Positions 39,657 to 49,803 are shown, counted from the first letter of the stretch. The stretch is 64,000 nt of DNA from Paenibacillus sp. (GCA_036496075.1 DASXLR010000149.1:9877-73876), one strand, 5' to 3'. A program made the numbers and translations. Notes: generated by a model from the sequence alone, not told the origin.

Positions 39657-40331
39657 TTGCATACAAAAGCTGATCGTCTAAAATCTGCAAAAGCCCTCAA
39701 GGCTCAGCAGTTGGATACTAAGCTTCAACATCGACTGCCTCCCGGGCAGTCCTTAACAGAGAAGTTTCCCATATTACATGAAGGAGAAGTTCCTGAATAT
39801 GATTTGGCAACTTGGAACCTGCGCATATTTGGCGAGGTCGAAGAGGAAAGAACGTTGACTTATGAGGATCTGAAGGCTATGCCTCAGTCTAGTACAGTTA
39901 GTGATATTCACTGTGTAACCCGTTGGTCCAAGTTCGACACCCCTTGGGAGGGTGTACGCTTCACGGATCTATTAAAAGTTATCCAAGTGAAGCCAGAGGC
40001 TCAGTTCGTTATGATTCATGCTGATCCTGAATATGATACGAATCTTCCGCTAGTAGATTTGATGAATGATGATGTTTTGTTAGCTTTTAACTTTGATAAT
40101 AAGCCCTTAACAGCGAAACATGGCTGGCCACTACGACTTGTTGTACCGCATTTATATTTCTGGAAGAGTGCGAAGTGGATTCGTGGAATAGAGTTCATGC
40201 GCGAGGATCGTCATGGCTTCTGGGAAAGTAATGGCTTCCATAATACGGCTGACCCATTTCTTGAGCAACGTTTCTCGGGTGAAGATATCCCAATTCCCGA
40301 AGATGAATGGACACGGAAGGAGTTCGATTAA
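39657..40331 (+). CDS. Sulfite-oxidase-like molybdopterin oxidoreductase (YuiH type)
   Basis: RLPPGQ, DIHCVTRWS, HGWPLRL.VP.LYFWKSAKW, GFWE.NG.H. Confidence 0.9.
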   Translation: MHTKADRLKSAKALKAQQLDTKLQHRLPPGQSLTEKFPILHEGEVPEYDLATWNLRIFGEVEEERTLTYEDLKAMPQSSTVSDIHCVTRWSKFDTPWEGVRFTDLLKVIQVKPEAQFVMIHADPEYDTNLPLVDLMNDDVLLAFNFDNKPLTAKHGWPLRLVVPHLYFWKSAKWIRGIEFMREDRHGFWESNGFHNTADPFLEQRFSGEDIPIPEDEWTRKEFD

Positions 40332-40332
40332 G

Positions 40333-41079
40333 ATGTTGATGTCAATTTTGCAAGTAGATTCAGAGGAAATCCCCCCGTATGCGATTGTATGCGGAGACCC
40401 GAAGCGAGCTGAGACTATCTCTCAGAGACTTCAAGGAGCTAGAGAGTTAGCATTCAGCCGTGAATATCGGACATTTGTTGGGGAGTATGAAGGTGTGAAA
40501 CTGGCTGTGGTGAGTCATGGTGTGGGTTGCCCTGGAGCAGCTGTCTGCTTCGAAGAGTTAATTCGTGCAGGAGTGAACACCTTGATTCGAGTCGGTACGG
40601 CTGGTTCGTATTCAGAGGATCACCCAGCGGGCAGCTTAGTCGTTAGTACAGCTGCGGTTCGTGCGGATGGACTAACACGGCAGTTAGTGCCTGAAGGTTT
40701 CCCTGCTGTTGGTGATAGTCAGGTCGTCAGTGCGTTGTACGAAGCGGCAACGCTTGAGGCTGGAGTGACAGCTAAAGGGATTACGGTCACATTAGATGCT
40801 TTTTTCGCTGGCGTTGAGGAGATTCCTCATCGAAAGTATAAACAAGCAGGGGCCATTGCAGTTGAAATGGAGATTGCAGCACTTTATGTGGTTAGTACAC
40901 TTCGAGGAGCTCGTGCCGGAGCCATTCTAGCCATAGACGGTTACGCAGATGCTGAATTAGCCGAAGTCTATGATCCTCACACAGATGCAGTGGCACATGC
41001 TGTTGAGCGTGAGATTGAAGCGGCCCTGCGTGCCATCGTGACGTTGGCGCTTGAAGATGAGAAGACGGGAAGAGCTTAA
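40333..41079 (+). CDS. Nucleoside phosphorylase (PNP/UDP family)
   Basis: GDP.RA, REY, SHGVG.PGA, IRVGTAG, VEME. Confidence 0.9.
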   Translation: MLMSILQVDSEEIPPYAIVCGDPKRAETISQRLQGARELAFSREYRTFVGEYEGVKLAVVSHGVGCPGAAVCFEELIRAGVNTLIRVGTAGSYSEDHPAGSLVVSTAAVRADGLTRQLVPEGFPAVGDSQVVSALYEAATLEAGVTAKGITVTLDAFFAGVEEIPHRKYKQAGAIAVEMEIAALYVVSTLRGARAGAILAIDGYADAELAEVYDPHTDAVAHAVEREIEAALRAIVTLALEDEKTGRA

Positions 41080-41329
41080 TAAGTCATTGTAATAGAAGTG
41101 GAAACCTTTGAGCATTATAACAAACTGCCCCCACTACCTCCAATGACGATGTTTCAGCTGTTAGGCTTGCAATATGTTATTTTGCGGTATAAGTCCATAG
41201 AAAACAGTGTAATTTATGGTTCGTATGTGTATATTCCAAGTTCCGGGCGACAATGAGTGACAATTGTCATTGACGGCAGATGAGGGATGGGTTAGTGTAC
41301 AGACGATGATTATACACAAATAATATATG

Positions 41330-41365
41330 AGAAGTAGGGCACGGAATAGCGCCCTACTTCTTTTT
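41330..41365 (+). terminator. Terminator hairpin immediately upstream of the DegV RBS
   Basis: AGAAGTAGGGC..GCCCTACTTCT plus U-tract. Confidence 0.7.
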
Positions 41366-41393
41366 CTTTGGAGGGTTTAAGATAATTAAGATA

Positions 41394-42332
41394 ATGGCTG
41401 ACTCAACTTGTGACTTGACAGAAGAGATTATTGAGAAATATAACATTGGTGTCGCGCCATTAACGATAATGATAAACGGTAAAGAGTATAGAGATAAAAT
41501 AGATATAAAAGCTGATGATTTTTTTGCTATCCTTGGAAATCTTGAAGAAGACCCCACGACATCCATGCCAAACCCAACAAAATATTTGAAAATAATAAAG
41601 GAAGCAATAGAAGATGGTTACACAGAGATACTGTGTATTTGTATGTCAAGTGGTACAAGTGGATCTTATCAATCAGCTGAAATAGCAAAAGAAACTTTTT
41701 TTGATGAAAACTCTGACTCTTCTATTAAAATCCATGTCGTAGATTCAAGCTCGATGAGCCATGGCAGTGGTTGGTTAATTTTGAAATCTGCTATATTGAG
41801 AGAAAAAGGATTTAATTTTGAAGAATTAATACATTTTAATGAAACCTATAAGGGTAATGTGAAACACTTTCTCTGTGTAGATGATTTAAATCATTTAATT
41901 AAAAGTGGTAGGCTTACAAATGTTAGTGCTTTAATAGGTAGGATTTTGAAAATCAAGCCGATCATGTCTATGCGAAATGGTAAAGGAGCTATAGTAGCTA
42001 AGGAAAGAGGATTAAAAGGAGTATTAAACCATTATGTGAAAGAGTTTAACCAGAGGAATGATTGGGATATCACAGATTTCATTATCATAGGTTACTCTTC
42101 CGACAGAATGATTGCTGACAAATTGATGGATAAGATGAGGCAAGAAACAGAATTTAAGGGGGAAATATTTATTATGCAAATGGGGGTGGCAGTAGGGACT
42201 CATGTAGGATTAGGGGCAGTTTCCATGTTCTTTATTGAGAAGGGACATAAGAGAGATGGTTTGTTGATCAATGAAATGAATGGAATAGCCGAAAAGAAAA
42301 ATGAATTGATACATAAAATAAAGAATAGATAA
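41394..42332 (+). CDS. DegV family fatty-acid-binding protein
   Basis: DSTCDL, TTSMP, SSGTSGSY, L.KSGRL, IKPI, GTHVG.G. Confidence 0.93.
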   Translation: MADSTCDLTEEIIEKYNIGVAPLTIMINGKEYRDKIDIKADDFFAILGNLEEDPTTSMPNPTKYLKIIKEAIEDGYTEILCICMSSGTSGSYQSAEIAKETFFDENSDSSIKIHVVDSSSMSHGSGWLILKSAILREKGFNFEELIHFNETYKGNVKHFLCVDDLNHLIKSGRLTNVSALIGRILKIKPIMSMRNGKGAIVAKERGLKGVLNHYVKEFNQRNDWDITDFIIIGYSSDRMIADKLMDKMRQETEFKGEIFIMQMGVAVGTHVGLGAVSMFFIEKGHKRDGLLINEMNGIAEKKNELIHKIKNR

Positions 42333-42407
42333 TACGTGACGATCCTTGCAACAGACAAGTCGTGTTGAAGCGGCAATGGTTATGTATAGAATGTTCAGGT
42401 AAGATAC

Positions 42408-42453
42408 AAAAAGAAGCCATTAGGATAGATATAAATCCTAATGGCTTCTTTTT
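42408..42453. terminator. Strong terminator after DegV
   Basis: AAAAAGAAGCCATTAGGAT..ATCCTAATGGCTTCTTTTT. Confidence 0.8.
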
Positions 42454-42497
42454 GTATGTGGATGAACCATAAACAAAGACTTTAGGAGTTAAGCCTC

Positions 42498-42526
42498 TAG
42501 ATAAGAACGTACGTTTCTATTATAAT
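42498..42526 (+). promoter_or_regulatory. SigA-like promoter with a LexA (Cheo) box in the spacer
   Basis: TAGATA-17-TATAAT; AGAACGTACGTTTC (42504-42517) matches CGAACRNRYGTTYC at 13 of 14 positions. Confidence 0.6.
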
Positions 42527-42667
42527 ATGGATGATAAAAGCGTTTATTTGGCACATCGTGGGTTAATTTGTTAAGCTATTCACTACATAGGTCAAGAATT
42601 GTTATACTTTTTATATAGATAGGGTAGATGCTCTTGGAGAATTAAATGCGAGATGGAGGAATCGTCT

Positions 42668-43087
42668 ATGAAATTGTTCGTAACGGTTAAAAGCTTGGGT
42701 AAACGTAAGAATGTACTGACAAAAATTGAAATAGAGCTTCCAGTTGTTCCGACAACACTGAGGGAGCTCATTACGGAAGTTGTTATTATGAATGTGCAGG
42801 AGTTAAAGGATAAGCAACAAAGTACGGCGCTGATGCCATTCCTAACAGGGGCGGAGATCGAGGCGCGTGGAGAGAGTGGAAAGGTAGGATTCGGCTCGGT
42901 GTATAACGAACAGAGTCCTGATGTTGCTAGGGCAGTAGAGATCGCATTATTAGCTCTTGAAGATGGGTTATATAAAGTATTTATTCGTGAAGAAGAGATT
43001 AGTCATTTGGAATCACCGCTTAAGCTTATGGAAGAGGATGAAATTGTATTTATCAGGTTCACAATGTTAGCTGGAAGTCTATGGTGA
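42668..43087 (+). CDS. Small protein, predicted beta-grasp (MoaD/ThiS/ubiquitin-like) with an insertion
   Basis: RBS GGAGG; KLFVTVK..EIEL...TLRELI ... YKVFI..LESPL...DEIVFIR...AG-SLW. Confidence 0.65.
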   Translation: MKLFVTVKSLGKRKNVLTKIEIELPVVPTTLRELITEVVIMNVQELKDKQQSTALMPFLTGAEIEARGESGKVGFGSVYNEQSPDVARAVEIALLALEDGLYKVFIREEEISHLESPLKLMEEDEIVFIRFTMLAGSLW

Positions 43088-43100
43088 AGGGAGACAATGA

Positions 43101-46100
43101 ATGATGGAGAAGCATGGACGAGAGAAGCGCTATTATGCATTATTACAAGAAAGAGCAGAGGGGTTAGATCCTCATCTTTCCCCATTAGCGAAGTTAGTGG
43201 TAGAGTTGGGGCAAGCGGGGCATGTACGTCAGGAAGAAGAGTGTTATTTGAAATGCCAAGAGATATTGTATTCACTTGCTGGGGGAAATAACGAGGTATT
43301 GTTCGAACCACTGGTGAAAGTTATGAGGAAACTTACGAATGTGTACACGGGAGAAATTTTTGATTATATTACGACTCATGCGACTGAATACCCTTATGGC
43401 AAAGGATACGTACGTAGACCTTTTCGTACATCGGAACGGAGCGCCCACATAGGTCAGGTGATAAGCAAGATGAGCTCGCTTTTATCCATGGATTGTCATG
43501 AATTCGCCATTATAGATTATTTGACGTTAGAGGACTATCCATTGAAGAACAATTATCAATTGGCACAGACGATTAGTGACGTTATTGCCTTCGAGCTAGA
43601 TTGTAACAATACAGAGGTTATTACGGCACTTAAGGAAATTGTATATGGAGATAATCAAACGGCGTTACTCACTCATGGGATGATCAAAGGAATATTTATG
43701 AGTCATCATGCGGAGTTGTACGTAATGCTAGGCGAGCTATTAGCGGCTGCGCGATTGCAAGAGGGGCTTCGACAATCTATTGTGGAACGAATGGACGAGG
43801 GGACGCTCGAGGCGAACCTGTACATGCTGAAGGTCATCATTGACCAAGGATTTATTCGCTATAGTTCTGTCGTGAGGGCACTTGGTGTATGGACAGGGAT
43901 GGGGCTGGAATCAGCGAATCAGCGAGTAGCTGGACAGCTTATAGAGGGAGCATATCATGTTTTAAGTGATGAATCCGTTCGTGCGTCGTGGTTGTCTAGT
44001 GACAATGCGAACCACGTTTATTTAAGTTTATGGGCTACAGCAGTATATGAAGAACGTGATTTATTTAGTGGAATTAAGGATTTGATGGAGCACGGTGCGC
44101 TGTATCAGAAGATTATTGCACAGTACGTACTCGCGAATAGTGAGAATAGAGATGTTCGTTATGGAATTGCTAGACAATACCTAGATGCTACGGACCCTGA
44201 ACTACAGTTTTGGATTCTATCCAACTATAGTTATGAGTACCTCCGTACTTGGGGAAAAGAGGAAGTTAGCATTACGATTGTACGTACCCCTCTTTTGGAG
44301 GACAAAGAAGAACGTCGACTTGAATTTGAACAACTCATGGGAATGTTCCTTGGCATGACTCACAAAGAGATATCCGCACCTTCCAAAGTGTTGGATTTTG
44401 CGCATGTTCATTACACGCCAGACCTCCCTATTCGTAAGATGCTATACCTTACAGCTTATGATATGGACAGTGAATGGATCGCCGCAATCATTGCCTTGAA
44501 GGATCGATTAAGTGCGGAGTTGCGTGGTGAGTTATTGTCTTATTTCATGCAGGATACGGATCATTCGGCACAGCGTGAATTTATATTCACATCCCTATCA
44601 GATAAAAGCATGCTTAATCGTGAGGCGGCACTCGACAAGGCGAAGAAATTGACGTTATCGGATGAAGAATTGAAGTTGGTAGAAGGATTGTTGAAGTTGA
44701 AGACAGGTTCCTTACGTCAAAGTGCTATTGAACTACTGTTGCGTCAGCCTGAGGGCAGTGTGATGGCTTCTCTAACTCGGTTGTTGCAAGGTAAGAGTGA
44801 GTTACAGCGCTTGGCAGGGTTGGAGACGATTGTCGAGATTTTTGAGGATAGTGAACGTGCGGAGCAGTATGAAGCTGTGAGTTCGCTTCCTCATTTAATT
44901 GAGAATCCTACACCTAAGGAACAGCAATTGATAGGAAGACTTAGTCAAAAAAATGAATATACAGCAGCGAATGGTTTCGGTCTATTCGATCCGAAAGTTA
45001 CCGAACCTTGGCTTACAGAGACTCCGATAATAGGAGAATTCGACTGGAAGCATATCTTCACTATGTCGGTGGAAAATGTGATCGGTTTTTTCTCTGGGTT
45101 GGAGCAAGAAATTCATAACCATCGTGAGTTTGAGTATGAGGTAGAGTATTACTCTGGTTATAAGGATACCTTGCTGCTCGGTGCAGACTTAAGGAGGATT
45201 CGTCCATTTCAGGAGGAAGAGGACGATACACCTGAGCTTACGAAATATCCGCTGCACGAGGTGTGGAGAGATTACTTAGAGCGGAGTAATTTAGGAGCCT
45301 CTGAATTAATGGAGATCTATTTCTATTCCATACTGGAGCCCCTTAATCAGACACTGAACCAGTATTATCGGTATTTCTCTGATGAGATGGATTACGCTGA
45401 GCTTGAGAAACATACGCTGCTCGAGGGTTCGCGTAAGGAGTTTGCGGAGCAGTTGTATCCTGTTGCTCAAATTCAAGAGATTAAAGATGCGCTCGAAGGA
45501 TTTAAGTATAGCGATCAGATCAGCATCCTTATTCATGCTTACTTCATGGATAGCGATAAAAGCTCAACATTTGATTTAACGATAAATGCCTTGAATGCCG
45601 TGATGCAAGCGATGCCTAAAGAGAAAGTATCCAAAGAGTGGGGGATATTGAAGCTCCTAGCGAATCCATGGTTCTCAATGGCCCGTAGTCGAATGTATGA
45701 TGATGGCAGCTTTAAGCGAGTGTTCCATACTTTCTATGCATTTAATATCATGAACCCGAATGAGAAGGTTGATTCGGTGCTTGACCTTAAGGATTACTTA
45801 CGTGCTTTTGAAGCGGGGATGATCGGTACAGGGGAAGTATATCGGGAATTACTAGGCAGTTATGACAGTCGCAATCATGTACGCAATATTACATCTAAAC
45901 GATATGATTGGATAGATTCCAAGCCTAAGTTAGCTGCGATTCGTCAGACGGCTGTTGAGCGGATTCTAGAGGTTGAGCTCGAACGTGGTGATCTAGCTAC
46001 TGAGGTAACACCTCTGGCCATGGGGCTGGAGCGGATCGAGGGTATGGAGCATTTCATTCATATATTATCTGGGTTACAGCAGGAAACCTTCATCCGTGGT

Positions 46101-48056
46101 TATATCTATGGATATGGGGATAGTATTACGAAGAAGGAATCTTTCTGTCATCTGCTTAAGATCAGTGATCCACGTGAGGGTGAAGACGATACACTCTTGA
46201 AACAAATGTTAGAAGGTCTTGATATTACGGAGAAAAGGTTACTAGAAGCAGCTATGTACGCTCCTCAGTGGTTAGATATTGTAGCTAAGTATTTGAATTG
46301 GGATGGTCTGCGCAGTGCGGCTTGGTATTTCCATGCGCACATTAATGAAGGGTTCTCTGCTGAGAAAGAAACGGTTGTGGCGCACTATTCACCGATTTCA
46401 GCGCAAGACTTTAATGATGGTGCCTTTGATATAAGCTGGTTTAAAGAGGCTTATGATACGTTGGGAGAGAAGCGATTCGACTTATTATATGATTGTGCTA
46501 AATATATTTCTGCTGGAGCCAATCACCGAAGATCACAGCTGTTCGCAGATGCCACACTGGGGAAGCTAAATATTATGGAAATACAAAAGTCCATAGAAGA
46601 GAAGCGAAATAAGGATCACTTGCTCTGCTATAGCCTTATTTCATTACGAGAACCTCTCGAACAAGATATTCGTGAACGGTATGAATTTATTCAGCATTTT
46701 CTGAAGCAGAGTAAGAAATTTGGCGCTCAACGTCGGGCAAGTGAAGGCATGACTTCGCAGATTGCCCTTGGCAATTTGGCGAGAAATGCAGGTTATGGAG
46801 ATGTCATCAGGCTGATGTGGGATATGGAAGCGCGGAAGCTGGACGATATGCAAACCTTCTTCCAGCCACATGAGCTAGATGAGGAGACGACAGTACAGCT
46901 TCTTATTGATGAAGAAGGAAAGTCAGAGATTGGCATTACGCGTAAGGGTAAAGCGTTGAAATCCGTTCCTGCAAAGTACAAGAAGGATGAATATATTACC
47001 GCTTTGAAAGAAATGAAGGTTGAACTGACAGATCAATACCGGAGAGCACGTAAGGAGCTAGAACGCTCTATGGAGTCAGGTAATACATTTACTTTGCAAG
47101 AATTGAAGGGATTGTCAGGGAATCCAGTCATCACACCCCTATTGCGGACGCTGGTATTTAAATCGGAAGAGGTTCTGGGATACTTCGATGCAGCTGAAGG
47201 CGGACTTATCGATCCAGCGGGTAAATTAGTTCTAATTGGGGATGAGGAAGAAATCCTCATTGCGCACCCCCTTCATTTATACAGAAGTGGTCACTGGAGT
47301 GAGTATCAGAAGGACTTATTCGATCGTCAACTCCGTCAGCCATTTAAGCAGGTGTTCCGTGAGTTGTATCTTCCAAATGCGGATGAGCAGGCTCAGGGAA
47401 CGATATCTCGCAGATATGCTGGGCATCAAGTACAGCCGAGCAAAACGGTCTCCTTACTCAAAGGTCGGCAGTGGACAGTTAGTTATGAAGAGGGACTGCA
47501 GAAGGTATACTATGCAGAGAATCTGATCGCGAATCTCTATGCGATGGCAGATTGGTTCTCTCCTTCGGAGAGTGAAGCGCCTACTCTTGAGACGGTTCAA
47601 TTCTTTGATCGGAACACTTATAAGAGCGTTGCCTTGGATAAGGTTCCTCCTATACTATTCTCAGAGGTCATGCGAGACGTAGATTTAGTCGTGAGCGTGG
47701 CCCATGTCGGCGGTGTGGATCCAGAAGCCAGCCTGACGACGATAGAGATGCGAAGCGTGATCGTCACAGAGTCACTTCGCCTCTTGAAGATGGATAATGT
47801 TCGTATAGAAGGTAATTATGCTCGAATTGAAGGTTCCCTAGGTGAGTATGGGGTACATCTAGGAAGCGGTATGGTTTACAGACAAGCTACAGGCGCTATG
47901 CATATCATTCCTGTACATTCACAGCATAGAGGTCGTATATTCCTACCCTTCATGGATGAAGATCCGAAGACAGCAGAAATTCTGTCGAAGATCGTGATGT
48001 TGGCTGAAGATAAGAAGATTAAAGATCCACAGATTCTAATGCAATTGCAATCATAA
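43101..48056 (+). CDS. Large helical protein with C-terminal DUF4132 domain
   Basis: HPLHL...W...Q......QPFKQVFRELY, SRRYAGHQ, FSEVMRDVDLVVSV, IFLPF.D.DP. Confidence 0.85.
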   Translation: MMEKHGREKRYYALLQERAEGLDPHLSPLAKLVVELGQAGHVRQEEECYLKCQEILYSLAGGNNEVLFEPLVKVMRKLTNVYTGEIFDYITTHATEYPYGKGYVRRPFRTSERSAHIGQVISKMSSLLSMDCHEFAIIDYLTLEDYPLKNNYQLAQTISDVIAFELDCNNTEVITALKEIVYGDNQTALLTHGMIKGIFMSHHAELYVMLGELLAAARLQEGLRQSIVERMDEGTLEANLYMLKVIIDQGFIRYSSVVRALGVWTGMGLESANQRVAGQLIEGAYHVLSDESVRASWLSSDNANHVYLSLWATAVYEERDLFSGIKDLMEHGALYQKIIAQYVLANSENRDVRYGIARQYLDATDPELQFWILSNYSYEYLRTWGKEEVSITIVRTPLLEDKEERRLEFEQLMGMFLGMTHKEISAPSKVLDFAHVHYTPDLPIRKMLYLTAYDMDSEWIAAIIALKDRLSAELRGELLSYFMQDTDHSAQREFIFTSLSDKSMLNREAALDKAKKLTLSDEELKLVEGLLKLKTGSLRQSAIELLLRQPEGSVMASLTRLLQGKSELQRLAGLETIVEIFEDSERAEQYEAVSSLPHLIENPTPKEQQLIGRLSQKNEYTAANGFGLFDPKVTEPWLTETPIIGEFDWKHIFTMSVENVIGFFSGLEQEIHNHREFEYEVEYYSGYKDTLLLGADLRRIRPFQEEEDDTPELTKYPLHEVWRDYLERSNLGASELMEIYFYSILEPLNQTLNQYYRYFSDEMDYAELEKHTLLEGSRKEFAEQLYPVAQIQEIKDALEGFKYSDQISILIHAYFMDSDKSSTFDLTINALNAVMQAMPKEKVSKEWGILKLLANPWFSMARSRMYDDGSFKRVFHTFYAFNIMNPNEKVDSVLDLKDYLRAFEAGMIGTGEVYRELLGSYDSRNHVRNITSKRYDWIDSKPKLAAIRQTAVERILEVELERGDLATEVTPLAMGLERIEGMEHFIHILSGLQQETFIRGYIYGYGDSITKKESFCHLLKISDPREGEDDTLLKQMLEGLDITEKRLLEAAMYAPQWLDIVAKYLNWDGLRSAAWYFHAHINEGFSAEKETVVAHYSPISAQDFNDGAFDISWFKEAYDTLGEKRFDLLYDCAKYISAGANHRRSQLFADATLGKLNIMEIQKSIEEKRNKDHLLCYSLISLREPLEQDIRERYEFIQHFLKQSKKFGAQRRASEGMTSQIALGNLARNAGYGDVIRLMWDMEARKLDDMQTFFQPHELDEETTVQLLIDEEGKSEIGITRKGKALKSVPAKYKKDEYITALKEMKVELTDQYRRARKELERSMESGNTFTLQELKGLSGNPVITPLLRTLVFKSEEVLGYFDAAEGGLIDPAGKLVLIGDEEEILIAHPLHLYRSGHWSEYQKDLFDRQLRQPFKQVFRELYLPNADEQAQGTISRRYAGHQVQPSKTVSLLKGRQWTVSYEEGLQKVYYAENLIANLYAMADWFSPSESEAPTLETVQFFDRNTYKSVALDKVPPILFSEVMRDVDLVVSVAHVGGVDPEASLTTIEMRSVIVTESLRLLKMDNVRIEGNYARIEGSLGEYGVHLGSGMVYRQATGAMHIIPVHSQHRGRIFLPFMDEDPKTAEILSKIVMLAEDKKIKDPQILMQLQS

Positions 48057-48119
48057 ATGATATCGTAACGATACCTGTTGAACAACTCTATTTGTGAATA
48101 CTTGGTATTCGTGTTAACA

Positions 48120-48480
48120 TAGAGGCAACTTTAATGATCGGAGGGTTCTCGAAGATATGTACATTAATTTCCGTTACAACACTTTGTGCCACTAATTGAA
48201 TAGTGCAAAGGCTCTGCTCCTGGGCAGAGCGAACGGGATAAGTCTGCATATTTTTCGAGGTACCCTAAATGATGGATTATGAGATACGAGGGAATCAAGA
48301 AAGAAGGCGTAATCTGCCTTCTTTTTGTTTTTTAAGACGATCTATTTAGAAAGACTGATAAGCTGCATGATGATGTAGCCTAATCCGTAAATAGATTCCT
48401 CTATTTCTATCTGTTGCCTCACAACATGGAACCATTCCGTTCGCTCAAACCACAGGAGATTTGCCTGAGGTTTTTTATTA
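48120..48480 (+). promoter_or_regulatory. Ribosome-dependent attenuator leader of the hflX paralogue
   Basis: uORF MYINFRYNTLCH* (48157-48195); 48217-48239 complementary to 48434-48458; terminator AAACCACAGG..CCTGAGGTTTTTTT (48447-48477); second hairpin at 48301-48333. Confidence 0.7.
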
Positions 48481-48508
48481 TGAGGAACGAGAAGATGGAG
48501 GTTTTAGT

Positions 48509-49774
48509 ATGGAAGAACAACAACAAAGAGCGATCATCGTAGGGGTAAACTTGAGTCAACAGAAGGATTTTGACTTTGAGTACTCCATGGAGGAATTAGG
48601 TAATTTAGCATCGGCTTGTCATGTAGAAGTGGTTGGTCAGATTACGCAAAACTTAGAACGGGTGAATAAGTCACATTATATTGGCAAAGGAAAAGTGCAG
48701 GAAGTTATAGACCTGTATGAGGCGGAAGATGCGAATGTCGTTATTTTTAATGATGAATTGTCTCCTTCTCACATTCGTAATCTTGAAGCTGACTTGAAGT
48801 GTAAAGTTATAGATCGAACGATTCTAATCCTTGATATTTTTGAAAGAAGAGCGCAAACAAGGGAAGCTCAACTTCAAGTTGAGGTGGCCCAATTGCAATA
48901 TATGCTTCCAAGGTTGATTGGTCTTCGTGAATCCTTAGGCCGCCAAAGTGGGGGAGTGGGCACCAAGAACAAAGGGGCCGGAGAGACGAGATTAGAGTTG
49001 GATCGTCGTAGAATAGAGGATAAGATTAGTGCTTTAAATAAGGAACTAGAGACCCTTGTATTGGGGCGGCAAACTCAGCGTAAGCAACGTAAGAATAATG
49101 GTATCCCCGTGGTATCGCTAGTGGGTTATACCAATGCTGGGAAATCGACGATTATGAATGCCCTTGTAGAGTCGTTCGGTCCTGCGAATGATAAGAAGGT
49201 GTTCGAGAAGGATATGTTATTCGCTACATTAGAGACGTCCGTTCGCAACATCCAATTACCAGATCACAAATCTTTTCTGCTCACAGATACCGTAGGATTT
49301 GTAAGTAAATTGCCGCATCATCTGATTAAAGCATTCCGTTCAACTCTTGAAGAAGTAGCTGAAGCCGATTTACTCATTCATGTTATTGATTATTCGAATC
49401 CGCAATATGAGCAGTTGACCCAGATTACGGAGCACACGCTGCAAGAGATTGGTATTACCGATATCCCGACTCTTTTTGCTTATAACAAGTGTGACCGGGT
49501 GGATTGTGATATTCCAAGGGTTGAAGATAACAGCGTGTATCTTGCAGCTAAATCAAGAGTAGGCATTGCGGAGTTGGTGAATAGGATTCGGGACCATATT
49601 TTTAAAGATTATATTCAGTGTGAAATGATGATTCCGTATGACCAAGGACAATTAGTATCCTACTTCAATGAACATGCCCACATTACGGCAACGGAATATG
49701 AGAATGAGGGAACTCGCTTAACATTAGAGTGTAGAACGATGGATTATGAGAAATATGGTGAGTATGTCATTTAA
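48509..49774 (+). CDS. hflX: HflX GTPase, probably the antibiotic-inducible HflXr-like paralogue
   Basis: DRT.LILDIF..RA.T.EA.LQVE, GYTNAGKST, LFATL, DTVGF, NKCD; RBS GGAGG before ATG 48509. Confidence 0.93.
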   Translation: MEEQQQRAIIVGVNLSQQKDFDFEYSMEELGNLASACHVEVVGQITQNLERVNKSHYIGKGKVQEVIDLYEAEDANVVIFNDELSPSHIRNLEADLKCKVIDRTILILDIFERRAQTREAQLQVEVAQLQYMLPRLIGLRESLGRQSGGVGTKNKGAGETRLELDRRRIEDKISALNKELETLVLGRQTQRKQRKNNGIPVVSLVGYTNAGKSTIMNALVESFGPANDKKVFEKDMLFATLETSVRNIQLPDHKSFLLTDTVGFVSKLPHHLIKAFRSTLEEVAEADLLIHVIDYSNPQYEQLTQITEHTLQEIGITDIPTLFAYNKCDRVDCDIPRVEDNSVYLAAKSRVGIAELVNRIRDHIFKDYIQCEMMIPYDQGQLVSYFNEHAHITATEYENEGTRLTLECRTMDYEKYGEYVI

Positions 49775-49803
49775 TAAAAGAGTGTCAGCATAAACGCTCG
49801 CAA

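Noticed and set aside
48461-48508. ORF-track start of hflX at TTG 48461
   Set aside because: Lies within the attenuator terminator; the RBS supports ATG 48509
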